From an uncultured Holophagae bacterium (GTDB lineage: Bacteria; Acidobacteriota; Thermoanaerobaculia; Thermoanaerobaculales; Sulfomarinibacteraceae): a stretch of DNA of 64,000 nt. Shown here in pieces: positions 35,713 to 44,721 of the stretch. The translations under genes were made by a program, and so were the position numbers. The notes beneath the pieces are model-generated. The model searched no databases. It saw nothing but the letters and a program-made list of their open reading frames with translations, and was not told where the DNA came from. Each line of letters starts with the position of its first letter. Position 1 is the stretch's first letter. The stretch lies in assembly GCA_963844865.1 (NCBI GenBank), contig CAWJPY010000001.1, positions 81,415 to 145,414 of the forward strand, in the 5' to 3' direction.

Positions 35713-36593
35713 TCGTAACCATCGCTTCCGGCAAGGGCGGTACCGGCAAGACCACGCTCGCCGTCAACCTGGCCCTCAGCTTCGGCCGCCCGGTGCAGCT
35801 TCTGGACTGCGACGTGGAGGCGCCGAACGACCACCTCTTTCTGCGGCCCCGGATCACTGCCAGCAACCCGGCCGGAATCCCGGTGCCCCGCATCGACCCC
35901 GAGGTCTGCTCTGCGTGCGGAGACTGCGCCGCCCTCTGCCAGTTCAACGCCCTGGCGGTGCTCCAAGACAGGGTCCTGGTCTTCGACGAGCTGTGCCATG
36001 GCTGCGGGGGCTGTCTGCTGGTCTGCCCGGAAGGGGCCGTCACCGAGGTCCTGCGGCCGATCGGCGTGGTGGAGCGAGGTCACGCGGGAGCGGTGCGGGT
36101 GGTGCAGGGCCGTCTCGACGTGGGGGAGCCGCAGTCACCACCCCTCATCCGGGAGGTGATCAGGCACGCGGACCGCGACGGCGTCGTGCTCATCGACGCA
36201 CCGCCCGGCACCTCCTGCCCCATGATCAACGCCGTCCGCGGCAGCGACCTGGTGCTCCTGGTGACCGAGCCGACCCCATTCGGCCTCAACGACCTGACCC
36301 TCGCGGTCGAAGCGGTCCGCGCATTGGGCCTGCCGTGCGCCGTGATTCTCAACCGCTCCGATTGCGGCGACCGCCGGGTCCATGAGTACTGCGCGGCCGA
36401 GGACATCGAGATCCTCCTGGAGATCCCCGATGACCGACGGATCGCCGAAGCGTCGACGCGAGGGGAATGCGCGGTGGACGCCGTACCGGAGCTGCGACCG
36501 GTGTTCGAGCGTCTCGCGCGCCGGATCGAGGAGGTCGTGGCCGATGCGCAGCCCATGGCCATGGAAGGAGTTCGATTCCGTGCCGACATATGA
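35709..36593 (+). CDS. MinD/ParA-type P-loop ATPase with inserted 2x[4Fe-4S] ferredoxin domain (COG1149-like), copy 1
   Basis: Deviant Walker A SGKGGTGKTT, ferredoxin insert CSACGDCAALC...CHGCGGCLLVCP, and Walker B VLIDAPPG. The GTG start overlaps the preceding stop. Confidence 0.8.
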   Translation: MIVTIASGKGGTGKTTLAVNLALSFGRPVQLLDCDVEAPNDHLFLRPRITASNPAGIPVPRIDPEVCSACGDCAALCQFNALAVLQDRVLVFDELCHGCGGCLLVCPEGAVTEVLRPIGVVERGHAGAVRVVQGRLDVGEPQSPPLIREVIRHADRDGVVLIDAPPGTSCPMINAVRGSDLVLLVTEPTPFGLNDLTLAVEAVRALGLPCAVILNRSDCGDRRVHEYCAAEDIEILLEIPDDRRIAEASTRGECAVDAVPELRPVFERLARRIEEVVADAQPMAMEGVRFRADI

Positions 36594-36846
36594 ATATGTG
36601 TGCGATGAGTGCGGACACCGCTTCGAGCGCTTTCAGCTCATGAGTGCGCCGCCAGCAAAGGTCTGTCCGTCCTGCGGGGGCCCGGTGCGCCGTCTGATCG
36701 GGAGCGGCTCCGGCTTCCTGATCCGGGGTCGGCAGCATGCCCGCTCGACGGCTGCGGGGGCCGGTCGTTGCGGTCACGAGGCGCCTTGCTGCGGCCGCGA
36801 GGAGCGCTGTGAGCGGCCACCTTGCGGTGAGCAGCGCGATGCCTGA
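36580..36846 (+). CDS. FmdB-family zinc-ribbon protein
   Basis: PTYEYVCDECGHRFE...CPSCGG is the CxxC..CxxC signature. GTG start after GGAAGGAG. Confidence 0.7.
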   Translation: MPTYEYVCDECGHRFERFQLMSAPPAKVCPSCGGPVRRLIGSGSGFLIRGRQHARSTAAGAGRCGHEAPCCGREERCERPPCGEQRDA

Positions 36847-37806
36847 CAGTAGGATGCGATCCCTGCCTCTCGCGCCGAGCCGAGGTGACCAGGCCCCGGT
36901 GAGGGAGCTGGTGGTGGTCAGCGGCAAGGGGGGAACGGGCAAGACGAGCCTGCTCGCCTCGTTCGCCGCCCTCGCGCGCGACGCCGTGCTCGCCGACTGC
37001 GACGTGGACGCCGCCGACCTCCATCTCGTGCTCGGCCCCCGGGTCGAGGAACGCCACGTCTTTTCGAGCGGTCACGATGCCGTGATCCGGGAGCGGGACT
37101 GTACCGGTTGCGGCGACTGTGTCGAGCTCTGTCGTTTCGACGCCATCGCTTGGGCGGACGGAGCTCCGTCGCCGGTCGTCGACCCGATCGCCTGCGAGGG
37201 CTGCGGGGTGTGCGTCCACCTCTGTCCCGCCAGGGCCATCGACTTCGAGTCCCGACGCTGCGGCGAGTGGTTCATCTCCGAAACCCGTTGGGGCCCCATG
37301 GTGCACGCCCGCCTCGGCATCGCCGCCGAGAACTCGGGCAAGCTGGTGACCACGGTACGGAACGAGGCCAGAAGAGTGGCCGCCGCCAGCGACCGCGACC
37401 TCATCCTCGTCGATGGGCCGCCGGGCATCGGCTGCCCCGTCATCGCGAGCATCACCGGCGCCTCGGCGGTGCTGGCGGTGGCCGAGCCCTCCGTCTCCGG
37501 CGAGCACGACGTGGACCGGGTGCTCCAGCTCGCGGACCACTTCAAGGTCCCGACCGCGGTCTGCGTCAACCGCTGGGACCTCAACCCGGAGGTTGCTGAC
37601 CGCATCGAGCACAGGGCGCGCGAGCGGGGCGGGATCATCGCCGGCAGGGTCCGCTATGACCCTTCGGTCACGGTTGCCCAGGTCAGGGGAATCAGCGTCC
37701 TCGAGCTGGGGGAGGGGCTGCGAACGACATTCGGGGGGTCTTCGAGACCGTCGTCGCGTCGTGCAGCGCACTGCACGGAGCCGGGACCAGACCCGAGGGC
37801 GCCTGA
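36839..37806 (+). CDS. MinD/ParA-type ATPase with inserted ferredoxin domain, copy 2 (apparent -1 frameshift near 37717)
   Basis: SGKGGTGKTS, CTGCGDCVELC...CEGCGVCVHLCP and LVDGPPG motifs. After ...VLELGEG the family-like, high-GC3 continuation AANDIRGVFETVVASCSALHGAGTRPEGA* is in the -1 frame and stops at 37806. The in-frame continuation to 38122 has poor codon bias and overlaps the convergent gene. Confidence 0.65.
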
Positions 37807-38010
37807 CGCTACCGCTGCACAACGCACCAGAAGGGTCCTTTCGAGTGGGCAGTGTGCCGCACAACGCGGGACGCAGACGCGTCCGACGTGCGCAGCCAGT
37901 GCCCTACTTCCAGCGCTACCTGGATGCAATGCACAAGCTGCAGGCGATCGTGATGAACCTGGCCCTGGAGAGCGAGCCAGGACACAGGGCCGGAGCGTCC
38001 GTGCGAGAGC

Positions 38011-39294
38011 TCAACCTCCGAAGCCGCCGGCCGGCGCCGGACGCGATGAGCGGACCGCCTCCAGGACCTCGGGAAGCCCCGCCGCCAGCCGCTCGATGGC
38101 GGCCAGCGGCATGCCCGCATAGCCGAACCTAATGCAGCCGGGCGCGCCGAACGCACTCCCCGGGATGGCGCTGAAGCGCCCCATGTCGATGGCGGTATCG
38201 ATGACGGCCTGGTCGTTCTCGATCCCCTCCGGAAGGCGAGCCAGCAGGGAGATACCTCCCCGCGGCACGCCGTGTCGCGACACCACGGCGAAGCCGAGCG
38301 AGCGCAGCGCATCGACCATCGCGTCCCGGCGACGCCGCAGCTCCTCCTTGACGGCTCCCAGGATGGAGGGGCTCCGTCCGACCTCGAGATCGGCGACGTC
38401 GGACGCCAGCATGTCGATCGTGAGGCGTTGGCCGAGGACGTTCGGGGACGACGAGGTGGAGCGGATCAGTCGCGGCATCCACTCGCCGCTGAAGGTCGCG
38501 TCGGCGCTCAGCACGTAGCCGGTGCGGGCGCCGGGGATGAGGTACTCCTTGGAGGCGGCGCCGATCACGAGGGTGCGCTCCGGCGCGAAGGCGAGCAGGG
38601 TGCGGGGCTCATCGTCGTACCGGATCCAGTTGTACACCTCGTCCGCCACCAGGATCAGGTCGTGCTCCCGCGCCAGGTCGGCCAGCGCCGCCAGCTCGTC
38701 GTCTGAGAGCACGTCCCCGGTGGGGTTGGCGGGGAAGTTCACGAGCAAGGTGCGGATGTCCGAACCATGGACGGCCGCGGCCAGGCCCGCCCCGTCGAAG
38801 CTGCCGTCCTCTTGAAAGAAGTCCAAGACCTCGACGCTGCCGCCCGCGTGGGCGATGATGTTGCGGTAGTTCCCCCAGAAGAACCTCTGCACGCCGACCC
38901 TGCGACCGGGAGCCAGCAAGCGCATCAGGATCGCGATCCCCTCCGTGGCCCCGGAGACAATGGCCACGTGCTGGGGCCCGAGACCCCCTTCAGGCAGGCC
39001 TTCCTTCTTCTCGAGGCCGTACGCCAAGGTCCAGAACCGTCCCGCCAGGCGACGCAGGTCGGGCAAGCCCGAGGACGGGCCATAGTAGACCTCCCGCTGC
39101 GGCATCACGCCCACCACCTGGCCCTGATCGCCGCGCACGAACCCCGGGTGCGCCGCAGCAGCGGCCGCAGCCCTGGCCGCGATCTGCGGGATCACCGGCG
39201 CCGAGGTGACGGTCTGCCGCATGGCGGGCGGCATGGCCTTCCACATCGCGGCGAGCATCGGCCGTTCAGCGATTGCTGTCTCCGGAGCGCTCAT
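38011..39294 (-). CDS. class I/II PLP-dependent aminotransferase
   Basis: NFPANPTG, the ASKEYLIPGARTGY (Lys) motif and C-terminal CIRFGY. Confidence 0.8.
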   Translation of the reverse strand: MSAPETAIAERPMLAAMWKAMPPAMRQTVTSAPVIPQIAARAAAAAAAHPGFVRGDQGQVVGVMPQREVYYGPSSGLPDLRRLAGRFWTLAYGLEKKEGLPEGGLGPQHVAIVSGATEGIAILMRLLAPGRRVGVQRFFWGNYRNIIAHAGGSVEVLDFFQEDGSFDGAGLAAAVHGSDIRTLLVNFPANPTGDVLSDDELAALADLAREHDLILVADEVYNWIRYDDEPRTLLAFAPERTLVIGAASKEYLIPGARTGYVLSADATFSGEWMPRLIRSTSSSPNVLGQRLTIDMLASDVADLEVGRSPSILGAVKEELRRRRDAMVDALRSLGFAVVSRHGVPRGGISLLARLPEGIENDQAVIDTAIDMGRFSAIPGSAFGAPGCIRFGYAGMPLAAIERLAAGLPEVLEAVRSSRPAPAGGFGG

Positions 39295-39325
39295 GGGTCA
39301 CCTCCACGGTGCGATGGTCTCACCC

Positions 39326-39676
39326 CTACAGGCTCGCATCCCGCTCTGGGCCGGGGCCTTCCCGGTCTTGACCACCGAAGTAGTCGATCCTGCAGCCGCA
39401 CCTGTCCCACATGCGCTCGTAGCTGGCCAGCCGGTGCTCGACGAGACGCTCTGCGTCCTCCTGGGACGGAACCCGGCGCACCAGCACCTCTCCGCCCGGG
39501 GTCTCCTCCTGGACGATCGTCAGCCCGTCGATCGTGAGGATGCGGATCCAGCCCGTGATGCAGGTGTCGTCCCGGCGCACGAGCTCGGCTGCTGCGAGCA
39601 ACTCGCCCAGCGTGCTGCGGTCGATCGCCGTCAGAGCGTGCCGGCTCAGGTCGGTGACCAGTCTCTCGAGGCTCAA
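39326..39676 (-). CDS. small protein of unknown function, paralog 2 (YERMWDRCGCRIDYF motif)
   Basis: It aligns with the 33065-33370 product: IDR.TL..LLAAA...R.DDT...G.IRIL...G.T.VQEETP.G..LVRR......A..L...RL..YERMWD.CGC..DYF. Confidence 0.65.
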   Translation of the reverse strand: MSLERLVTDLSRHALTAIDRSTLGELLAAAELVRRDDTCITGWIRILTIDGLTIVQEETPGGEVLVRRVPSQEDAERLVEHRLASYERMWDRCGCRIDYFGGQDREGPGPERDASL

Positions 39677-39793
39677 CGTGTCCTCCCATGCTCTGGCGCG
39701 GGGTCGCCCCTCGTCACGGCCACCCCGGCGCGCTCTCCCCGCGACCGGGGCGGGACCCGGATCTCATCGCCGCCCACCTCGGCGGCAAACCCG

Positions 39794-40231
39794 TCAATCG
39801 TACCTCCGGCGGGTATCCTCGTCGGTGACGACCGAGCGAATCATGTCCTGCCATTCAGCGGACTCCCAGGTCCCGAGCGCCTGATGGGTGGCGTAGTAGC
39901 TCTGTGGAATGGGATGGGTGCCGAGCACCACCTTCATGGCGTACCGCTCCTCGATGAACCTGCGGAAGTCGTCGAGGTACGGGCACGGGGGATAACCCAC
40001 GAGCAGCCCGGTGGCGAGGTGCATGACCTCGACCCCGTTGCTCTTCATTTCGGCCGGAGCGTACTCAACATTGCCTCCCGGGCAGCCGTCGCAGGTCGTG
40101 TACCCCGCCAGCTCCACGTCCTCGTCCCGGTAGGCCGCGAACGCCCCCTCGCGCGCCTTGAGCGCCCGCAGGCACTTCCCTCCGGCGCACCTGCGCCAGC
40201 GGTCACAGATGATGATGCCGAGCTTCTTCAT
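39794..40231 (-). CDS. CGGC-domain protein
   Basis: MKKLGIIICD...CAGGKC...YTTCDGCPGG pattern. ATG 40231 after GGAAAGGAA. Confidence 0.7.
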   Translation of the reverse strand: MKKLGIIICDRWRRCAGGKCLRALKAREGAFAAYRDEDVELAGYTTCDGCPGGNVEYAPAEMKSNGVEVMHLATGLLVGYPPCPYLDDFRRFIEERYAMKVVLGTHPIPQSYYATHQALGTWESAEWQDMIRSVVTDEDTRRRYD

Positions 40232-40254
40232 GTCGGGTTCCTTTCCAATGATGG

Positions 40255-41151
40255 TCACACAACGCTCGTGTCGGTGGTCCCCCCAGCCGGTGTCGGGGCT
40301 CCCAGGTGGCCCTCCCTACCCATGATCGCGACGATGGCGTTGGCGATCACTGCCATCGCCGGGCTCGGCGTGTCATCGGCGGCAAGCAGCCTTCCAGCGT
40401 CGCCGCGGGTCACGATCTGCGGGTCGATCGGGACTCTGCCGAGAAATCGCACCCCCGTAGCCTCGGCCAGCCTCTCACCGCCCCCCGCCTTGAAGAGGTC
40501 GATGTGGTGGCCGCACGTCGGACAGATCAGGCCGCTCATGTTCTCGAGAATGCCTTCCACCGGCAGCGACACCTCACGGCAGAAGCTGAGCGATCGTCGG
40601 ACGTCGGCCACCGCCAGGTCCTGCGGCGTCGTGACAAGCACGGCCGACACCCTGGGTCGGACGAGCTCTGCCACGGCGAGGGGCTCGTCGCCGGTCCCGG
40701 GCGGGGCGTCGATGATGAGAAAATCGAGGGCCCCCCACTCCACCTGCTGCAGGAACTGGCGAATGATCATGTACTTACGGGGCCCCCTCCAGACCACTGC
40801 ATCGTTGTCGCTGGGCAAGAGAAAGCCGATGGACATCACCTTGATCCCGGCGGCCGCAGTCACCGGGAGGAGGCGCTCGTCATCGCCGATGACCTGCTGG
40901 CCTTCCAGGCCCATGAGCTTCGGGATGCTCGGCCCGTGAATGTCGACGTCCAGCAGCCCCACGGCCTTGCCCGCAGCCGCCAGAGCAAGGGCGAGGCCGG
41001 CGGCCACCGTGCTCTTGCCGACTCCCCCCTTGCCGGAGAGCACGAGAATCTTGCGGTCGATCCGCTCCATCCGCTCCCGAAGGGCCTGGTCGGCAACCTC
41101 TCTGGCGGCCCGATCCGTGTTGGAATGCGCCTGACCCGGCTTTCCCGCCAT
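40255..41151 (-). CDS. Mrp/NBP35 (ApbC-like) Fe-S cluster carrier ATPase
   Basis: SGKGGVGKST, FLIIDAPPGTGDE and the CPTCGHHIDLF (CxxC) motif. ATG 41151 after GGAAGAAGG; an alternative ATG is at 41244. Confidence 0.85.
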   Translation of the reverse strand: MAGKPGQAHSNTDRAAREVADQALRERMERIDRKILVLSGKGGVGKSTVAAGLALALAAAGKAVGLLDVDIHGPSIPKLMGLEGQQVIGDDERLLPVTAAAGIKVMSIGFLLPSDNDAVVWRGPRKYMIIRQFLQQVEWGALDFLIIDAPPGTGDEPLAVAELVRPRVSAVLVTTPQDLAVADVRRSLSFCREVSLPVEGILENMSGLICPTCGHHIDLFKAGGGERLAEATGVRFLGRVPIDPQIVTRGDAGRLLAADDTPSPAMAVIANAIVAIMGREGHLGAPTPAGGTTDTSVV

Positions 41152-41282
41152 GTGCGACCTTCTTCCTGACCTTGTCACCTCTCCCCAGCCCCACCAGAGC
41201 GGCACGAGGACGCGAGCGGCGATCCGTTCCTCCTCGGGCGCCATGTCTCTGACGCCAGGGTTTCGCCTTCCAGTGCAAGGCA

Positions 41283-41298
41283 TGCAACCGAGCTGCCA
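41283..41298 (-). promoter_or_regulatory. putative sigma-54 promoter upstream of the mrp-CGGC-paralog2-aminotransferase operon
   Basis: The minus strand reads TGGCAG-CTCGG-TTGCA, with GG and GC exactly 12 nt apart as in the TGGCAC-N5-TTGCW consensus. The predicted TSS is near 41272. Confidence 0.5.
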
Positions 41299-41653
41299 AC
41301 CCCGCGGAGAGCATGAGACGGTGAGGAGCAACGGCGGGACATGAGGCCCGAGCAAGGACCCGGAAGCTCTCGATGCTTCGATGAGCCGCCTCCGGGACCT
41401 CCAGACCTGGGAAGCAAGACTCGCATTTTGCTCATGACCGGTTCGAGATGCGCGAGCGAAATGCACGCCGACGGGAGGACCGCTCCAGGTGGCATCCTCT
41501 CTCGAGCGGGCTGCACACCCCGTCCGACTCGGCCGAACCTCGTTTCGACGATCGCGGCACTGATCTTGCTCTCACTGGATCAGGCGTACGACCACGAGGC
41601 GACCGAGCTTGCTCGGCCGAGACCGTGAGAGATGACGACGAGGAGGTGTGAGG

Positions 41654-43591
41654 ATGACCAGCACACCATTTTCTGAGCTGAGGGTCGGTCCGGTGGAGCT
41701 GCCCAACCGGTTGGCCATGGCGCCGGTCAAGACCGCATTCGGCATGCCGGGGGGCCTGGTGTGCCCTCAGCACGTGTCCTACTACCGGAGGCGGGCGGAG
41801 GGCGGCGCCGGACTGATCATCGTCGAGCCGCTGTTCGTGGACCCTCGGGGGCGGGAGCACCCCAAGCAGCTCGGCGCGCACACCGACGACGTGGTCGTCG
41901 GCCTGCATGCAGTGGTGGAGGCGATCCACGCGCACGGCACGATCGCCTTCGCTCACCTCAACCATGCCGGCCGCGCCGCCAACCCGAAGGCGATCGGAGG
42001 GCCGTCGGAGGCTCCGTCGGCGGTACCCTGCCCGTCCACCGGCGCGACGCCGGAGCCGATGGATGCCGCGAGGATCCTCTCCGTCCTCGAGTCCTATGGT
42101 GACGCCGCGCGCAGGTCGAGGGAGGCCGGGTTCGACGGTGTCGAGCTGCAGCTCGGGCTCGGTTACCTGCCGGCGCAGTTCATGTCGCCCAGGACGAACC
42201 ACCGCGGGGATGAGTACGGCGGTGTGGGAGACAGCCGCTGGCGCTTCGTCGAGGAGCTGGTCCGCATCGTCCGGCAGGCCGTCGGGTCCCACATGGCCCT
42301 GACCGCCCGCATCTCCGCCGACGAGAGGTGCGAGGGCGGGCTGGGGCTCGACGACGCCGTGCAGCTGGTGGAGCGCCTCGCCGCGTGGGGCTTCCACGGG
42401 GTGCACGTGGTGACCGGATCGGCGTGCGACAGCCCGCCCTGGTACTACCAGCACATGGCCCTTCCTCCGGGCGTCAACGAGGAGCTCGCCGCCCGGATCC
42501 GCGGCTCTGCATCGATCCCGGTGATGGTGGCCGGCAGGCTCGGCGTGCCCGCGCGCATCCGCGACATCCTCGGAAAGGGCATGGCGGATGTGGTCGCCCT
42601 GGGCCGGCCGCTCGTGGCCGATCCGGATCTGCCCCGCAAGATGCGGGAGGGCCGCGACGAGGACATCATGTCGTGCGGGGCGTGCCTCCAGGGATGCCTG
42701 GCCAAGGTCAAGGGGGGCGGGCCCATCGGCTGCATCGTCAACCCCGAGATCGGCCACGAGGCCGAGTGGCCCCTGCCGGCCGCGGCCGTCGGCGAGCGCC
42801 TCGTGGTGATCGGTGGAGGTCCGGCGGGAATGGAGGCGGCGCTGACGGCGCAGCTGGCGGGGTACAGCGTCACCCTCCTCGAGCGGCGCGGATCGCTCGG
42901 CGGACAGTTCACGCTCGCCCCGCTGACCACCGGCAAGGAGGCCATGGAGCGGCCGCTGCGGTCCCTGATCACCGCGGTGGAGCGATCCGGCGTGGAGATC
43001 CGCACCGGGGTGGAAGCAGCGGCAGCGGAGGTTCTCGAGCTCGGTCCTTCCCACGTCATCGTCGGCACCGGCTCGCGTCCGATGATCCCGCCCATCCCCG
43101 GTCTCGACGACCCGCTCACGGCCGAGGAGGTGCTCACCGGTGTCCGCGAGCCGGGCCACCGCGTGCTCATCCTGGGCGGCGGTCTGGTGGGAATCGAGAT
43201 GGCGGAGCACCTGGCCCGGGCCGGCCACGAGGTGGTGGTCGTCGAACTCCTCGACGACGTCGCCCGGGACATGGAGGCGATCACCCGCAAGATGACGCTG
43301 AAACGGCTGGAGTCTCTGCCGGTGGAGATCTTCACGTCCACGCGGCTCGTCCGCTCCTCGGACGGCGAAGCGTTCACACGTAGCGCAGGTGGCGGTGACG
43401 AGAGATCCATCGGTCGCTTCGACTCCCTGCTGGTCGCGATCGGCCACCGCTCGCACGATCCTCTGTCCGAGGAGCTCCGATCGGCCGGCGTCACCGTGAC
43501 GGTCATCGGCGATGCTCATGAGCCCCGACAGATCTTCGATGCTGTCCACGCCGGCCGCGATGCGGTGGACGCCCTCCTGCGGGGAGCGTGA
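41654..43591 (+). CDS. FadH-like NADH:flavin oxidoreductase (OYE domain, 4Fe-4S, FAD/NAD(P) domain)
   Basis: N-terminal OYE TIM barrel (MAPVKT...HLNHAGR), CGACLQGC cluster motif and VIGGGPAGMEAA plus ILGGGLVGIEMA dinucleotide folds. AGGAGG lies before ATG 41654. Confidence 0.82.
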   Translation: MTSTPFSELRVGPVELPNRLAMAPVKTAFGMPGGLVCPQHVSYYRRRAEGGAGLIIVEPLFVDPRGREHPKQLGAHTDDVVVGLHAVVEAIHAHGTIAFAHLNHAGRAANPKAIGGPSEAPSAVPCPSTGATPEPMDAARILSVLESYGDAARRSREAGFDGVELQLGLGYLPAQFMSPRTNHRGDEYGGVGDSRWRFVEELVRIVRQAVGSHMALTARISADERCEGGLGLDDAVQLVERLAAWGFHGVHVVTGSACDSPPWYYQHMALPPGVNEELAARIRGSASIPVMVAGRLGVPARIRDILGKGMADVVALGRPLVADPDLPRKMREGRDEDIMSCGACLQGCLAKVKGGGPIGCIVNPEIGHEAEWPLPAAAVGERLVVIGGGPAGMEAALTAQLAGYSVTLLERRGSLGGQFTLAPLTTGKEAMERPLRSLITAVERSGVEIRTGVEAAAAEVLELGPSHVIVGTGSRPMIPPIPGLDDPLTAEEVLTGVREPGHRVLILGGGLVGIEMAEHLARAGHEVVVVELLDDVARDMEAITRKMTLKRLESLPVEIFTSTRLVRSSDGEAFTRSAGGGDERSIGRFDSLLVAIGHRSHDPLSEELRSAGVTVTVIGDAHEPRQIFDAVHAGRDAVDALLRGA

Positions 43592-43783
43592 GGGCAGATC
43601 GCAGTGCCGAGGAATGCGGTGCGCCCGCGGGGCCACGAACACCCGTGCTGCTGTATCCTGCAGAGATGGTGGTCCCGTAACCTCGCAAAACGCATCTCCG
43701 CCGCACCACCGGCGTGGCCATAGTCGGGCAACCGCGAGGGAACAGGACTTGCAGAGTGGCCCAACGAACGCCGGGAGGCGACC

Positions 43784-44149
43784 ATGGCACACATGATCCT
43801 GGTGGTGGATGACGAGGACGATGTGCGGACCTTCCTCAGCGGCGTCCTGGAGCGAGCGGGGTATCGGACGGCGGTGGCCGCTGACGGTGAGGAGGCCTTC
43901 GACCTCGTCGAGCAGGAGAGGCCGGCGGTGATCATCCTCGACCTCCAGATGCCCAATCAGACCGGGACCCAGTTCTACCGCAGGCTCCACAACCACCACG
44001 AGCTGGCGGACATCCCGGTGATCGTGGTCAGCGGAATCGCGGGACGTCACCTGGCGGTGCGGGAGCCGTTCGCCGTCTTCGACAAGCCGATCGACCCGGA
44101 CGAGTTCATCGCCGCGGTCGAGAGGGCCGCCGGCGAGGTCGTGGCGTAG
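43784..44149 (+). CDS. single-domain response regulator (CheY-like receiver)
   Basis: ILVVDDEDD...IILDLQMP...VSG...KP receiver signature. Confidence 0.85.
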   Translation: MAHMILVVDDEDDVRTFLSGVLERAGYRTAVAADGEEAFDLVEQERPAVIILDLQMPNQTGTQFYRRLHNHHELADIPVIVVSGIAGRHLAVREPFAVFDKPIDPDEFIAAVERAAGEVVA

Positions 44150-44181
44150 CCGGACCCGGAAGGTCTCGCGACCCCGAGTCT

Positions 44182-44721
44182 CTATGAAGCTCCTCGCTCC
44201 TTCTCGAGGGCTTCCTGGATTCTCTTGAGGGTCGCGATATCGGCATCGCCGAGGCGGGTGGAGATGTCCGATCGGAGGCGATCCGGTTCGTCCATCCCTG
44301 CCTCCTGATCGAGGGGGGCGAGACCGAGGATCTTCCTGACGTTGTTGAGGAACCTCTCCGGACTGACCGGCTTCTCGAGATAGGTGAGGGGGCCGGCCAT
44401 GATCTTGCTCGAGAAGATCTCGTCGAAGTCGTCCTTGCCCAGGTCGTCTCTCGCGTGGGCCGTGACGATCATGATCGGGATCCTGGCCCAGTCCCGATTC
44501 TTGCGCAGCTCGTACAAGAACCTGATCCCGGACTTACCGGGCATGACCAAGTCGAGGGAGATGAAGTCCGGCCTCCTCTCCTTGACCGCCTGCAGCGCCT
44601 CGTTGCCGTCCGAGGCGGTCATCACGTTGAAGCCGGCGCGCTCGAGGATGCCGGAGAAGTACGCGATGACGTCGGGCTCGTCGTCCACGATCAGGATCGT
44701 CTTGTCCTCGGGACGGGTCAT
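44182..44721 (-). CDS. response regulator (receiver plus ~50-aa C-terminal tail)
   Basis: ILIVDDEPD...SLDLVMPGKSG...TAH...KP. The ATG overlaps the kinase stop (ATGA). Confidence 0.85.
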   Translation of the reverse strand: MTRPEDKTILIVDDEPDVIAYFSGILERAGFNVMTASDGNEALQAVKERRPDFISLDLVMPGKSGIRFLYELRKNRDWARIPIMIVTAHARDDLGKDDFDEIFSSKIMAGPLTYLEKPVSPERFLNNVRKILGLAPLDQEAGMDEPDRLRSDISTRLGDADIATLKRIQEALEKERGAS

